From: Alphaproteobacteria bacterium
Lineage (GTDB): Bacteria; Pseudomonadota; Alphaproteobacteria; UBA828
Reading direction: 5' to 3'
DNA length: 64,000 nt
Assembly (NCBI GenBank): GCA_965214705.1
Contig: CBDCCI010000001.1
Coordinates: 608,001-672,000 of the forward strand
A program made the position numbers and the translations under genes. The notes under the pieces are model-generated. The model did no database searches. It was not told the origin of the DNA and saw nothing but the letters and a program-made list of their open reading frames with translations. This document shows positions 31,791 through 42,894 of the stretch, in pieces; positions within the stretch are counted from its first letter, which is position 1; each line of letters opens with the position of its first letter.

Positions 31791-32158
31791 GACCCGTCCT
31801 CCCCGGCCGGCCCCGCCGCCTTCCAGCGGTTCGCCGCGCCGGGATCGGTCAGCCGGTCGAGCATGCCCTCCCGCTCGATCCATTCGTCCACCGCGTCGCA
31901 GGCGTCCTCCCAGGCCTCGCCGGCGCCCGCCCCGCCCAGCCGCCTCTCCTCCAGCCTCGACATTACCAGCATCTCGCGCACCGCCCGGCGCAGGACCTCC
32001 GGCGGCAGAGGATCACGATCCAAGGCGCGATGGATCACAAAGCGCGACAGGTCCATGCCGCTCGCCGCCGCCGCCCGGCCGACCCGCTCCCACTCCGCAT
32101 CGGTCGCCATCACCGCGCGCTGGCGGCGTCCGCCGGCGTCCTCCCTCATCGCGGCCAT
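31787..32158 (-). CDS. RHH paralogue (A-type)
   Basis: RAVMATDAEWERVGRAAAASGMDLSRFVIHRAL. Confidence 0.55.
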   Translation of the reverse strand: MAAMREDAGGRRQRAVMATDAEWERVGRAAAASGMDLSRFVIHRALDRDPLPPEVLRRAVREMLVMSRLEERRLGGAGAGEAWEDACDAVDEWIEREGMLDRLTDPGAANRWKAAGPAGEDGS

Positions 32159-32504
32159 CCGTCCGGCAAGGCCTGTGGAGACTGCGACACGCAGCCGCAT
32201 GACGACGTAGAATGTCTCACGATATTCCTATGGTATTCATCGCAGCCACGATCTTATGTCCCTATTGTGTCCTTACATAGCGAGCCACATTGGATGCCAG
32301 AACCATACCAGCGCTCCACGGAAAACTCCCCAACCTGTTTCCCTGAATGCAACTACCCAGTGACACAAGATCAGCCAATGTGTTCTCCAGGCCCGGCCCA
32401 ACCGTTCTTGACATCAACCATAACCCACTGTATCATAACCAACATACAGGAGGAAACTGCAACCCTACGTCACGGTGCGCTCGCCAGATATTCGCTAGTG
32501 TAAG

Positions 32505-33152
32505 TGCACACCACCGGAAAGGCCGGGTCGAAGGGACGGCGATAAACATCGAGCACCTTCTCCATCGCGGCCGCGAAATCCGCGTTGCGTTGCGGTGGGA
32601 TCACCCACCCGACCCGCTTCCACGGCTTGATCTCGTTTTTTTTAGAACACGGCGCACGGTCTCGTGCGACACGCTGTCGATGTGGCCGAGCTCCACCGCC
32701 CGGTCGGCCAGCAGCCGCAACGACCACTGCGCGTGGCCCTCCGGCGGCTCGGCGCAACTCAAGGCCACCAGGCGCGCCTCGAACTCGCCGTCCGCCTTGC
32801 GGACATACGATGGCCGGCGTCCTTGTCGGCCGCCGAGGGCCGCCTCCAGCCCTTCCTCCACGAAGCGCTTCTTGACCCGGTCCACCTTGCGCACGCTGAT
32901 GCGTAAGATCTCGGCTATGGCCTCCCCGTGCGCTCGGCGCTCGTTGAACTCGCCCTCGTCGCAGTTGAGCAGGATCAAGGCGTTGAGCACCTTCTGCGAC
33001 CGGTGGGACCCCTTGCGCGTGATTCCCGCAAGCTCTTCCCGCTCCCGCTGCTGCAACGTCACCACGTATCGCTTCATGCCGGCGCCCTCGTCGTTCTCGC
33101 ACGACGAGAAAGCTACCACATTCTATGCGACATACCATGTGTGACATGACAC
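32505..33152 (-). mobile_element. IS630-family element, 5' half (HTH region, A8 programmed frameshift)
   Basis: ATG at 33077 MKRYVVTL...WSLRLLAD...VSHETVRRVLKK; slippery A8 at 32636-32643 leads to NEIKPW...FPVVC; TIR 33141-33152. Confidence 0.9.
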
Positions 33153-33263
33153 TAGTTGTCTGGGAGTACGGGATGATCACGCTGACCGGCAATGTGGGCG
33201 TAAACATCTCGGGCGGCGGCACGTCCACCTGCCGCCAGCCGTTGTAGCGGCCGGACGCCGGTC
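33153..33263 (-). pseudogene. GT2 N-terminal fragment interrupted by IS630
   Basis: MIPRP...TLPVSVIIPY; continues at 1642. Confidence 0.7.
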
Positions 33264-33362
33264 TAGGGATCATCTCCTGTCTTGAACACCGAGGTCGTGG
33301 CGAGAAGTCCCGCGTGCGCAGGCCTCCGGCCCGCACGCCGGCGGGAGGCCCGCGCTCCGGCA

Positions 33363-35105
33363 TCACCGCGCCTGCGAACCGGCGTTGACGGTTCGTCGCA
33401 TGGCGACCGGCTCGTCCGCCGCCTGGAGTGTAGCCGTACCGTCTTCCAGCCGATAGACGAACTCCGCCGCGCGCTGCATTGCCGGCTGGTGAGAGGTCGA
33501 CAATACCGTGACCTCGCCGGCCAACTGCCGGACGGTCGCCACGATTCCCGCCTCCGTCTCCGGATCAAGCGCGGCCGTGGCCTCGTCCAGGATCAAAAGT
33601 GCCGGATTGCGGACCAGCGCCCGGGCGATGGCGATGCGCTGTTTCTGGCCGCCGGAAAGCCGCGCGCCCCGCTCGCCGACCACCGTGTCCATGCCCTCCG
33701 GCAATGCGGCGACAAACGCCCATGCCTCGGCGCGACGCAGCGCCGTTTCCACCTCGGCGCGGGAAGTGCCGGGATCGCCGAGCGCGACGTTGGCCATGAC
33801 CGTGTCGTGGATGAGGAACGCATCCTGCAACACGTATCCGATCATGCCGCGCCACGCAGTTGCGTCGATGTCGCGCATCGGCAGGTCGTCGATCCACACC
33901 TCGCCGCGCTGGGGCCGCAGCAACCCGATGATCAAGTCGGCGACTGTCGTCTTGCCGGCGCCCGAGGGCCCGACCACGGCGACGAACGACCCGGCGGGCA
34001 GCATCATCGAGACGCCGTCGAGAACGTTCCCGCGACCGTAGGAAAAGCATACCTTCCGGAGCGAGATAGCCGAGACGAGCCGGGGCACCTCGCCGCCCGG
34101 ATCGGGCTCTCGCGCCCCTTCGGCGGCGGTGAGCACGGACCGCACGAAGGCGAACGCGGGTTGGTTGGCCGCGACGATCTGATATTGGCTCTGCATCTGG
34201 CCCACTTTCTGGAAGGTGCGCACGAAGAGCAGCGCGAGGACCAGCAGGTCGTCGATCGGCTGGCCCCCTATCGTCACAAAAACATACAACCCACCCACCA
34301 CCGCGAAGGCCCGAATGATTTCGTACGACTCGGCGAGCGCTTCCCGACTGACGATTATCGTCCGCAGGGCGCGGTTGAGCGCTCGGATATCCCCGTCGAT
34401 CAAGGGCTTCATGCTGCCCTCCAGGGCCATGGCCTTCAAAGGCTTGATGCCGTCCAGCATCTGCAGCAGCCGCGTCATGAAGGACTTCTGAAGCTTGGTC
34501 TGGTTCTGCCCAGCGCGGCGACTGATGGCAACGAGCCGGCTCGACACGACCATGCCGCATGCGCCGACGACGAGCGCGGCCACCAGGATTTCCCAGGATA
34601 TGGCGACGGACAGCCCGAGATAGATCAGAAGTTGAATACCCCCGGACAGAACCTGGCAGGAAGCCACATAGGCGTTGGAGGCGCGTATCGGCTCGACGGC
34701 GACGGCGCTCGCCAGATCGCCGGCCCGCTGATCTGCGAAATGCGTCGAGCGCGCCCACAGAAGCGCGCGAACGACCGCGAGCCGCAGATTCGTCGCGGTA
34801 TGGGCCGCAGAGTATCCGACCTGCGTCATGGCCGCCAGCACCAGCAGCGATTTCAGGGTGACCGCCCCGACGATCAGCACCAACAGCCCGCCGAGGGAAA
34901 GCTCCAGCCCGAGCAGGGTAAAGACCCGCTCGACGTAGAGCGCCGCTGCGCCTCCGCCATCGATCACCAGGCCGAGGAACGGCAGCAATGCCGCGATGCC
35001 TACCCCCTCCGCCAAGGCGGCCGCCGTGAGCGACGACAGCATCAGCGCGCTGCGCCCCGGATAGGCCGCAAGGAAGTATTTGAACAGTCCGATGGCCTGT
35101 CTCAC
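33363..35105 (-). CDS. ABC exporter (fused TMD-NBD, MsbA-like, polysaccharide-locus type)
   Basis: GPSGAGKT, LSGGQKQRIAIARA, LILDEAT; N-terminal TM helices. Confidence 0.92.
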   Translation of the reverse strand: MRQAIGLFKYFLAAYPGRSALMLSSLTAAALAEGVGIAALLPFLGLVIDGGGAAALYVERVFTLLGLELSLGGLLVLIVGAVTLKSLLVLAAMTQVGYSAAHTATNLRLAVVRALLWARSTHFADQRAGDLASAVAVEPIRASNAYVASCQVLSGGIQLLIYLGLSVAISWEILVAALVVGACGMVVSSRLVAISRRAGQNQTKLQKSFMTRLLQMLDGIKPLKAMALEGSMKPLIDGDIRALNRALRTIIVSREALAESYEIIRAFAVVGGLYVFVTIGGQPIDDLLVLALLFVRTFQKVGQMQSQYQIVAANQPAFAFVRSVLTAAEGAREPDPGGEVPRLVSAISLRKVCFSYGRGNVLDGVSMMLPAGSFVAVVGPSGAGKTTVADLIIGLLRPQRGEVWIDDLPMRDIDATAWRGMIGYVLQDAFLIHDTVMANVALGDPGTSRAEVETALRRAEAWAFVAALPEGMDTVVGERGARLSGGQKQRIAIARALVRNPALLILDEATAALDPETEAGIVATVRQLAGEVTVLSTSHQPAMQRAAEFVYRLEDGTATLQAADEPVAMRRTVNAGSQAR

Positions 35106-35164
35106 ATTGTCCCCAGAACCGAGTTCACGAAAATTGCTCCTGCTTATACACGCAATTCCTGTTG

Positions 35165-35272
35165 TGAAGCCGCTCCGCAGAGTAAGCGGCGTAGAACTCG
35201 TTCATTTCAGAGACGTCGCGGGTGCTGATGTCCTGTGCGTTCGTTCCAGATTGCGTCGGATGGCGCACCGCC
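35165..35272 (+). repeat. Diverged solo copy of the left end of the integrase-IS91 element
   Basis: GAAGCCGCTccgcagagtaAGCGGCGTAGAactcgTTCATTTCaGAGaCGTCGCGGGTGC...TGTGCGTTCG aligns to 26907-27010. Confidence 0.8.
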
Positions 35273-35299
35273 CGCCAGGTAGCAGATCCGGCCTGGTGA

Positions 35300-35887
35300 T
35301 GACCGCTCGAGGAACGTGGTCCCGACCGCCCGTTACCGGCCGCCCACATTCGCGGCCCCCGTTCTCTGAAGCGTCTCGACCGCGCCGCGCAGATATCCGG
35401 GCAGGAAAAACGCATGGGCGTCGCAACGCACGATCACACACCCCGTCGCGACCCGCAGCGCTGTGAGGATGCCGGAGAGGTGAAGATGGTCGGGGTTGGG
35501 AATCAATCGCACCGACGGGTACAGCCTCGAACTATCTCGGCGGTTGCAGGAGTGGCGGAACCGTCGGCGACAATCACCTCTACCGGGCCCGCGTAATCCT
35601 GGGAAAGGCTTATCCCCTTACATCCGGCTTCTCCATATGTGGGGTGCCGGATCGCTGGGCACTTTACGGGCAACCCATTGAGACACGGAAGGAACTGCGA
35701 CCGTGTCGGATACCGCCGCCGAGGTGGCCGGTACAACATGTTGGGGAACCGGAGCCAGAGGGATAAGCCTTTCCTGGGATATCACCGAATCGAGACACTC
35801 CGCGATGGTCGCTTCAGCGTTGCGGGCCGGTATGATAACCGACACTGTGGGAAGGCGATTGGCGACGGCTGCGACTGGCTGCTTCAT
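35300..35887 (-). pseudogene. ExoA-like GT2 pseudogene (MITE insertion, frameshift, stop)
   Basis: VSVIIPARN...SVISQ|DYAGPVEVIVADG...IVRCDAHAFF...GAANVGG. Confidence 0.75.
35603..35773. mobile_element. 171-bp MITE
   Basis: 14-bp TIR GAAAGGCTTATCCC; 4-bp TSD CTGG; excision restores the GT2 frame. Confidence 0.85.
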
Positions 35888-35959
35888 GGGATGATTTTGC
35901 ACATGCCCTCTCGACTTGTCGCGCCTCCCCGCTTCATGTAGGGCGCGTACCAAAATGTC

Positions 35960-38629
35960 TTGAACGAAGCCGCTACGCGGAGTTAGCGGCGTAGAGTTCA
36001 TTCATTTCCGAGGCGTCGCGGGTGCCGTTTGTTCTGTGCGTTCGCTTCCCGGTTGCGTCAGTGGCGCTCCGCCCGTCGGGTGGCGGATCCCCAGCAGCCT
36101 CCCGATCACCAGTGGTTAGTATCGACCCCTGCGACGGACCGTCGCCGGATCGGTCCGGCGGCGCGCCGTCGCGATCCAGGGAGATCGATAATGACCGGGA
36201 CCGCGTGCGACACGAACACCGTCACCCCTCTTCGCCAGCGCATGGAGGAGCAGCTCCGCATCGCCAATCTGGCCGCGAGCACGTCCAAGGCCTACATCTG
36301 CGAGATCAAGAACCTGGCCAGGTACTACGACGCCTCGCCGGACGAGCTCGACGCCGAGCAGGTGCGCCAGTGGTACCTGGGGCGGATCGACAAGGGGCTC
36401 AGTCCGGGCACGACCAACGTCTCCTTCGCCGCGCTGAACTTCCTCTACATCGACACACTCGGCTGGCCTGACCATGTCGCCGGCCTGCGCTCCCGCAAGA
36501 AGCCCGGCAAGCTGCCGCGCTACATGTCGGAGCAGGAGGTCGAGCACCTCATCCTTGCGACACCCGACCTCCGCCACCGTGCTGCCATTGTCACCGGCTA
36601 TGGCGGCGGGCTCCGCATCTCCGAGACCTTGGCCATCAAGGTCGGCGACATCCTGTCGGAGAAGAAGCTGCTGCACATCCCCTCCGGCAAAGGCGGCACC
36701 GAGAGAATGGCACCGTTGCCGGACATCGTCATCCACTACTTGCGCGTCTACTACAGGAACATCTGGCCGCGTCCGACGAACTGGCTCTTCTACGGCGTCT
36801 CGCTCGACAGGCCCATCGCAACGGAGACCTTGCAGGCCGCCTTCAGGAGGGCGCGCGACATTGCCGAGCTCGACCGCAGCTACACCTTCCATTGCCTGCG
36901 CCATTCGGCGGCGACCCATCTCCTCGAGCGCGGCGGCGATATCGAGGTGATCCGGGACATGCTCGGCCATCGAAGCGCGAACACGACCCGTCACTACGCC
37001 CGCGTCACCGGCAAGATGTTCGAGGGCCTCGACCACCCGATCTCAGGCTTCGCAGCGTTGCGCAACTGACGGCGCGTGGAGGCCGAACGCGCGGGCGTGG
37101 CGGAGATCTTCCGCCGCGCCGGCGCCGCTTTCCGTGAGCGCCACAAAGGGCGCATCGACGCCGCCCGGCTCAAGGTCATGGGCGCCATCGAGGCGTGCCG
37201 CACCGCCGTGCTCGGCGGCCACATGTACGCCTGCGAGGGCTGCGGGCGCGAGCATCCGCTCTTCAACTCCTGCCGCAACCGCCACTGCCCCACCTGCCAG
37301 GGTCTCGCCGCCAACCTCTGGAGCGAGGAGCGCGCCGGGGACATCCTGCCGGTGCCCTACTTCCATGTGGTCTTCACCCTGCCCAAGGAGGTTGCCGCCA
37401 TTGCCTTCTGCAACCGCAGGGTGGTGTTCGACATCCTCTTCCGGGCCGTCGCCGAGACCCTGCGCACCATCGCCGCCGATCCCCGCCACGGCGGCATGCG
37501 CATCGGCGGCACCGCGGTCCTCCATACCTGGGATCAGAAGCTCCGCTTCCACCCGCACCTGCACGTGGTCGTGCCCAACGCGGGCTTCGACGTAGACAGT
37601 GGCGAGTGGAAGACGGGGAGCACCACCTTCCTCGCCCCCGTCAAGGTCCTCGGCAGCCTGTTCCGCCGCCTCTTCCTCGAGGAGCTCGCCCGCGCCCACG
37701 GCCGGGGGGACCTGGAGTTCCACGGCACCCTCGCCCACCTCGCCAATCCCGGCGAGTTCCACGCCACGCTTGCCGCCGCCCGGGCCAGGGACTGGGTGGT
37801 CTACGCCAAGCGGCCCTTCCGCGGGCCTGAGCAGGTCTTCCGGTACCTCTCGCACTACACGCACAGGATCGCCATCTCCGACAGCCGCATCGTCTCCTTC
37901 GACGGCGAGACGGTCTCCTTCCGCCACCGAAAGCCCAAGGCGCCGGGGCAGAGAAAGCCGCGCTACGGCATCGCCACCGTGAGCGCCGACGAGTTCATCC
38001 GCCGCTTCCTGAGGCACGTCCTGCCGGACGGCATGCACCGCATTCGCTACTTCGGCATCCTCGCCAACGGCTGCCGCGCCAGCACGCTGGAGAGAGCACG
38101 CCAGGCTCTCGGCGCCCTCGGCTGCGCCGCCCCCGAGGGAAGCGTGGACGGCGCTCGGGCCGAGCCCGACGAAGAGCCCGAGATCGGCACCGCGCCCGTG
38201 GCCTGCCCCCACTGCGGCGGCGTCATGCGCCTCGTCCGCGAAATCCGCCGCCGCCATGAGCCCCGCTCGACGCGCGGCCCGCCGGCGCTGCCGCCGACCC
38301 ACAGGGGGAAACCGTGAGACGCCCGCTCGCTTCGGCCCCGCGCAACGGCGCCAAAGCGCCGACGCACGACCGAACCTGTCTCCGCTTGAGCCGGGCTGAC
38401 AGCCCTCGGCTCACACCCCGCTCAGTCCTCGCAGCGTGCGCCCGCATGCCTGCCGAAAGACCGGCGCGAGCGTCGATTTTATGCGCAACTCTGCTGCCGG
38501 TGGATGCCGCCTGACGCTGACATCAGCGCACTTTCCACATAGCTCAACTTCGCCTCTCGTGGCCCGCGGCTTCGTTCAAGGTTAAGGGTTGGGCAGGCTC
38601 TCTCTCGAGAGCCTGCCCAACCCTTAACC
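35960..38629 (+). mobile_element. Integrase-IS91 element copy 2 (2670 bp, variant right end)
   Basis: Recombinase 36191-37069, Y2 transposase 37076-38317; a few SNPs versus copy 1. Confidence 0.92.
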
Positions 38630-38643
38630 TTGAACGAAGCCGC
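38566..38643. repeat. Perfect palindrome (37-bp arms, 4-nt loop) at the tandem junction
   Basis: GCGGCTTCGTTCAAGGTTAAGGGTTGGGCAGGCTCTC-TCTC-reverse complement. Confidence 0.95.
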
Positions 38644-41295
38644 TACGCGGAGTTAGCGGCGTAGAGTTCATTCATTTCCGAGGCGTCGCGGGTGCCGTTT
38701 GTTCTGTGCGTTCGCTTCCCGGTTGCGTCAGTGGCGCTCCGCCCGTCGGGTGGCGGATCCCCAGCAGCCTCCCGATCACCAGTGGTTAGCATCGACCCCT
38801 GCGACGGACCGTCGCCGGATCGGTCCGGCGGCGCGCCGTCGCGATCCAGGGAGATCGATAATGACCGGGACCGCGTGCGACACGAACACCGTCACCCCTC
38901 TTCGCCAGCGCATGGAGGAGCAGCTCCGCATCGCCAATCTGGCCGCGAGCACGTCCAAGGCCTACATCTGCGAGATCAAGAACCTGGCCAGGTACTACGA
39001 CGCCTCGCCGGACGAGCTCGACGCCGAGCAGGTGCGCCAGTGGTACCTGGGGCGGATCGACAAGGGGCTCAGTCCGGGCACGACCAACGTCTCCTTCGCC
39101 GCGCTGAACTTCCTCTACATCGACACACTCGGCTGGCCTGACCATGTCGCCGGCCTGCGCTCCCGCAAGAAGCCCGGCAAGCTGCCGCGCTACATGTCGG
39201 AGCAGGAGGTCGAGCACCTCATCCTTGCGACACCCGACCTCCGCCACCGTGCTGCCATTGTCACCGGCTATGGCGGCGGGCTCCGCATCTCCGAGACCTT
39301 GGCCATCAAGGTCGGCGACATCCTGTCGGAGAAGAAGCTGCTGCACATCCCCTCCGGCAAAGGCGGCACCGAGAGAATGGCACCGTTGCCGGACATCGTC
39401 ATCCACTACTTGCGCGTCTACTACAGGAACATCTGGCCGCGTCCGACGAACTGGCTCTTCTACGGCGTCTCGCTCGACAGGCCCATCGCAACGGAGACCT
39501 TGCAGGCCGCCTTCAGGAGGGCGCGCGACATTGCCGAGCTCGACCGCAGCTACACCTTCCATTGCCTGCGCCATTCGGCGGCGACCCATCTCCTCGAGCG
39601 CGGCGGCGATATCGAGGTGATCCGGGACATGCTCGGCCATCGAAGCGCGAACACGACCCGTCACTACGCCCGCGTCACCGGCAAGATGTTCGAGGGCCTC
39701 GACCACCCGATCTCAGGCTTCGCAGCGTTGCGCAACTGACGGCGCGTGGAGGCCGAACGCGCGGGCGTGGCGGAGATCTTCCGCCGCGCCGGCGCCGCTT
39801 TCCGTGAGCGCCACAAAGGGCGCATCGACGCCGCCCGGCTCAAGGTCATGGGCGCCATCGAGGCGTGCCGCACCGCCGTGCTCGGCGGCCACATGTACGC
39901 CTGCGAGGGCTGCGGGCGCGAGCATCCGCTCTTCAACTCCTGCCGCAACCGCCACTGCCCCACCTGCCAGGGTCTCGCCGCCAACCTCTGGAGCGAGGAG
40001 CGCGCCGGGGACATCCTGCCGGTGCCCTACTTCCATGTGGTCTTCACCCTGCCCAAGGAGGTTGCCGCCATTGCCTTCTGCAACCGCAGGGTGGTGTTCG
40101 ACATCCTCTTCCGGGCCGTCGCCGAGACCCTGCGCACCATCGCCGCCGATCCCCGCCACGGCGGCATGCGCATCGGCGGCACCGCGGTCCTCCATACCTG
40201 GGATCAGAAGCTCCGCTTCCACCCGCACCTGCACGTGGTCGTGCCCAACGCGGGCTTCGACGTAGACAGTGGCGAGTGGAAGACGGGGAGCACCACCTTC
40301 CTCGCCCCCGTCAAGGTCCTCGGCAGCCTGTTCCGCCGCCTCTTCCTCAAGGAGCTCGCCCGCGCCCACGGCCGGGGGGACCTGGAGTTCCACGGCACCC
40401 TCGCCCACCTCGCCAATCCCGGCGAGTTCCACGCCACGCTTGCCGCCGCCCGGGCCAGGGACTGGGTGGTCTACGCCAAGCGGCCCTTCCGCGGGCCTGA
40501 GCAGGTCTTCCGGTACCTCTCGCACTACACGCACAGGATCGCCATCTCCGACAGCCGCATCGTCTCCTTCGACGGCGAGACGGTCTCCTTCCGCCACCGA
40601 AAGCCCAAGGCGCCGGGGCAGAGAAAGCCGCGCTACGGCATCGCCACCGTGAGCGCCGACGAGTTCATCCGCCGCTTCCTGAGGCACGTCCTGCCGGACG
40701 GCATGCACCGCATTCGCTACTTCGGCATCCTCGCCAACGGCTGCCGCGCCAGCACGCTGGAGAGAGCACGCCAGGCTCTCGGCGCCCTCGGCTGCGCCGC
40801 CCCCGAGGGAAGCGTGGACGGCGCTCAGGCCGAGCCCGACGAAGAGCCCGAGATCGGCACCGCGCCCGTGGCCTGCCCCCACTGCGGCGGCGTCATGCGC
40901 CTCGTCCGCGAAATCCGCCGCCGCCATGAGCCCCGCTCGACGCGCGGCCCGCCGGCGCTGCCGCCGACCCACAGGGGGAAACCGTGAGACGCCCGCTCGC
41001 TTCGGCCCCGCGCAACGGCGCCAAAGCGCCGACGCACGACCGAACCTGTCTCCGCTTGAGCCGGGCTGACAGCCCTCGGCTCACACCCCGCTCAGTCCTC
41101 GCAGCGTGCGCCCGCATGCCTGCCGAAAGACCGGCGCGAGCGTCGATTTTATGCGCAACTCTGCTGCCGGTGGATGCCGCCTGACGCTGACATCAGCGCA
41201 CTTTCCACATAGCTCAACTTCGCCTCTCGTGGCCCGCGGCTTCGTTCAAAAGGGTTGGGCAGGCTCTCGAGAGAGAGCCTGCCCAACCCTTAACC
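38630..41295 (+). mobile_element. Integrase-IS91 element copy 3 (tandem with copy 2)
   Basis: Recombinase 38861-39739, Y2 transposase 39746-40987. Confidence 0.92.
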
Positions 41296-41325
41296 ATTTC
41301 GCCGGAGTGCCCCGCGCCGTTCGCG

Positions 41326-42561
41326 TCACGTTCTAGACCGGCGCGCTCCTTCGCCCCTTCCGGGGGGGGGGGGATATTCACCGCAGCCGTCACGACCGTC
41401 GAGTGAGACGTGCCGGACCGGCGTCGAGAGGCCCGGACGCCGCTTTGCGAAGGCGGCGCCGTGTGGACGCAACCGGGCCACTGTTCGGTATACCAAGGTG
41501 TAGAGTGCAAACAGCAATGCCAAGGCGACAAGCAACCACTCTCGATCATGCGGAACGAGCACGACCGCAGCCAAGCTCGCCAACGACCCTCCCCACATCA
41601 GCGCGCCGGTCACGGGATTGGCAAGCCGCTCATTCCCGGCCGCCCGGGCGAGCCTCCTTCCGAGGCGCCGGTAAACCAACATATGCAGATGCAGTCGGTC
41701 CGGTCGGAAAGGGCTGCCGCCTCTGCGGATCTTTCGGGTAACCGAGAACGCGGTCTCCAGCAGGGGATAGGCCAGTATGACCACGCTAACCCACGGGGAG
41801 ACATCGGGATTTCGCATGGGAACCATGACGGCCACGGAAGCGATCATGAAGCCGAGCAAATAGGCTCCTCCATCTCCCAGGAAAATATAGCCAAACGGAA
41901 AATTCACCAACAAGAACCCCAACAGAACACCAACAATAACGAAACAGAACGACGCCATGTCGTGATCGCCCACCCCGAGGGAAACGACGGCGAATGCGAC
42001 CAGCATGATGATCGTGGTTCCCGTCGCCAGACCGTTGAAACCGTCAATGATGTTCACCGCGTGCGTCAAACCGGCCATCGCGAAGGCGGTGAAGGCTATT
42101 GCAATGAAAGGAAGTGCCATCGCATGATCGACGAAAGGTATGTCCACGCGCGTCACGGCGTAGCCGGTCAAAAGGCAAAAGACGAGGCCCGAAAGCATCG
42201 GTGCAACGAGCCGCAATGTGATCCCACCGGTCTTGGTGAAATCTTCGACCATACCCGCCAGAAAGGCGAAGGCGGCGCTGGCGCCGACGGCAAACAGGAG
42301 ATCACGCACCGGCGGCGGCGATGCGCTCGCCGCCGCCCAATATCCTGCGTACACGGCAAGACCGCCGATCCTAGGGGTGGGCGTCGCATGAAACTTATGC
42401 GGCCCCACCGCATGATCGTGACTGAGAGCGCCGTGCCAGCGCCTGGTCATTACCAACACGGCGCCAATAACAACGGTGACCGCGAGGCCGAGGAGGGATG
42501 AGTAGATGAAGTTTGGGGGCATTGGGGGTCGGATACTCTCGTTGAGGGCGCTAACCGTCAC
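41326..42561 (-). CDS. MraY/WecA-family polyprenyl-phosphate HexNAc-1-P transferase
   Basis: PTPRIGGLA, HAVNIIDGFNGLA, IFLGDGGAY, PDRLHLH. Confidence 0.9.
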   Translation of the reverse strand: MTVSALNESIRPPMPPNFIYSSLLGLAVTVVIGAVLVMTRRWHGALSHDHAVGPHKFHATPTPRIGGLAVYAGYWAAASASPPPVRDLLFAVGASAAFAFLAGMVEDFTKTGGITLRLVAPMLSGLVFCLLTGYAVTRVDIPFVDHAMALPFIAIAFTAFAMAGLTHAVNIIDGFNGLATGTTIIMLVAFAVVSLGVGDHDMASFCFVIVGVLLGFLLVNFPFGYIFLGDGGAYLLGFMIASVAVMVPMRNPDVSPWVSVVILAYPLLETAFSVTRKIRRGGSPFRPDRLHLHMLVYRRLGRRLARAAGNERLANPVTGALMWGGSLASLAAVVLVPHDREWLLVALALLFALYTLVYRTVARLRPHGAAFAKRRPGLSTPVRHVSLDGRDGCGEYPPPPGRGEGARRSRT

Positions 42562-42894
42562 CCGGTGCGATGCCGCGCTCGTCCCGCTGTTCGATCATGA
42601 TCTCCGCGCTCCCGAGAACCCCGCAGCGCTGCTCCCTCGTCCCGATCGCAACACGCCGGGAAGGGGTACGCGTAGGTCACTGCGGCAACCTACCCCGGGA
42701 AGTCCGTTGCTTCAATCCATGGCCTCTCGGGCGACCCCCGCGCAGCGCTGGGATTGTCACCCGCAGGGCGATCCTCTCTCTCAATTCGCTCATCCTCGCG
42801 GTCTACAAGGGTTTTGCGCAATCCAGCCCACGTCCAACTGCCGCTTTGGGATCATACTCGCCGAGGATCGCCGGATCGAGCGCGCGCGCCCTGC

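Larger units (their letters stand above)
2223..32504. mobile_element. ~30.3-kb integrative element with tandem tyrosine integrases, inserted into the IS630 transposase gene
   Basis: TGCACACCA direct repeat at 2214-2222 and 32505-32513; removal rejoins the transposase (FPVVC|MDE); integrases start ~120 bp inside the left end. Confidence 0.8.

Noticed and set aside
33282-35228. 648-aa plus-strand ORF
   Set aside because: Antisense to the ABC exporter; no motifs
35960-41295. Tandem copies as an assembly duplication
   Set aside because: Copies 2 and 3 differ by several SNPs and have a unique junction, although read confirmation is still needed
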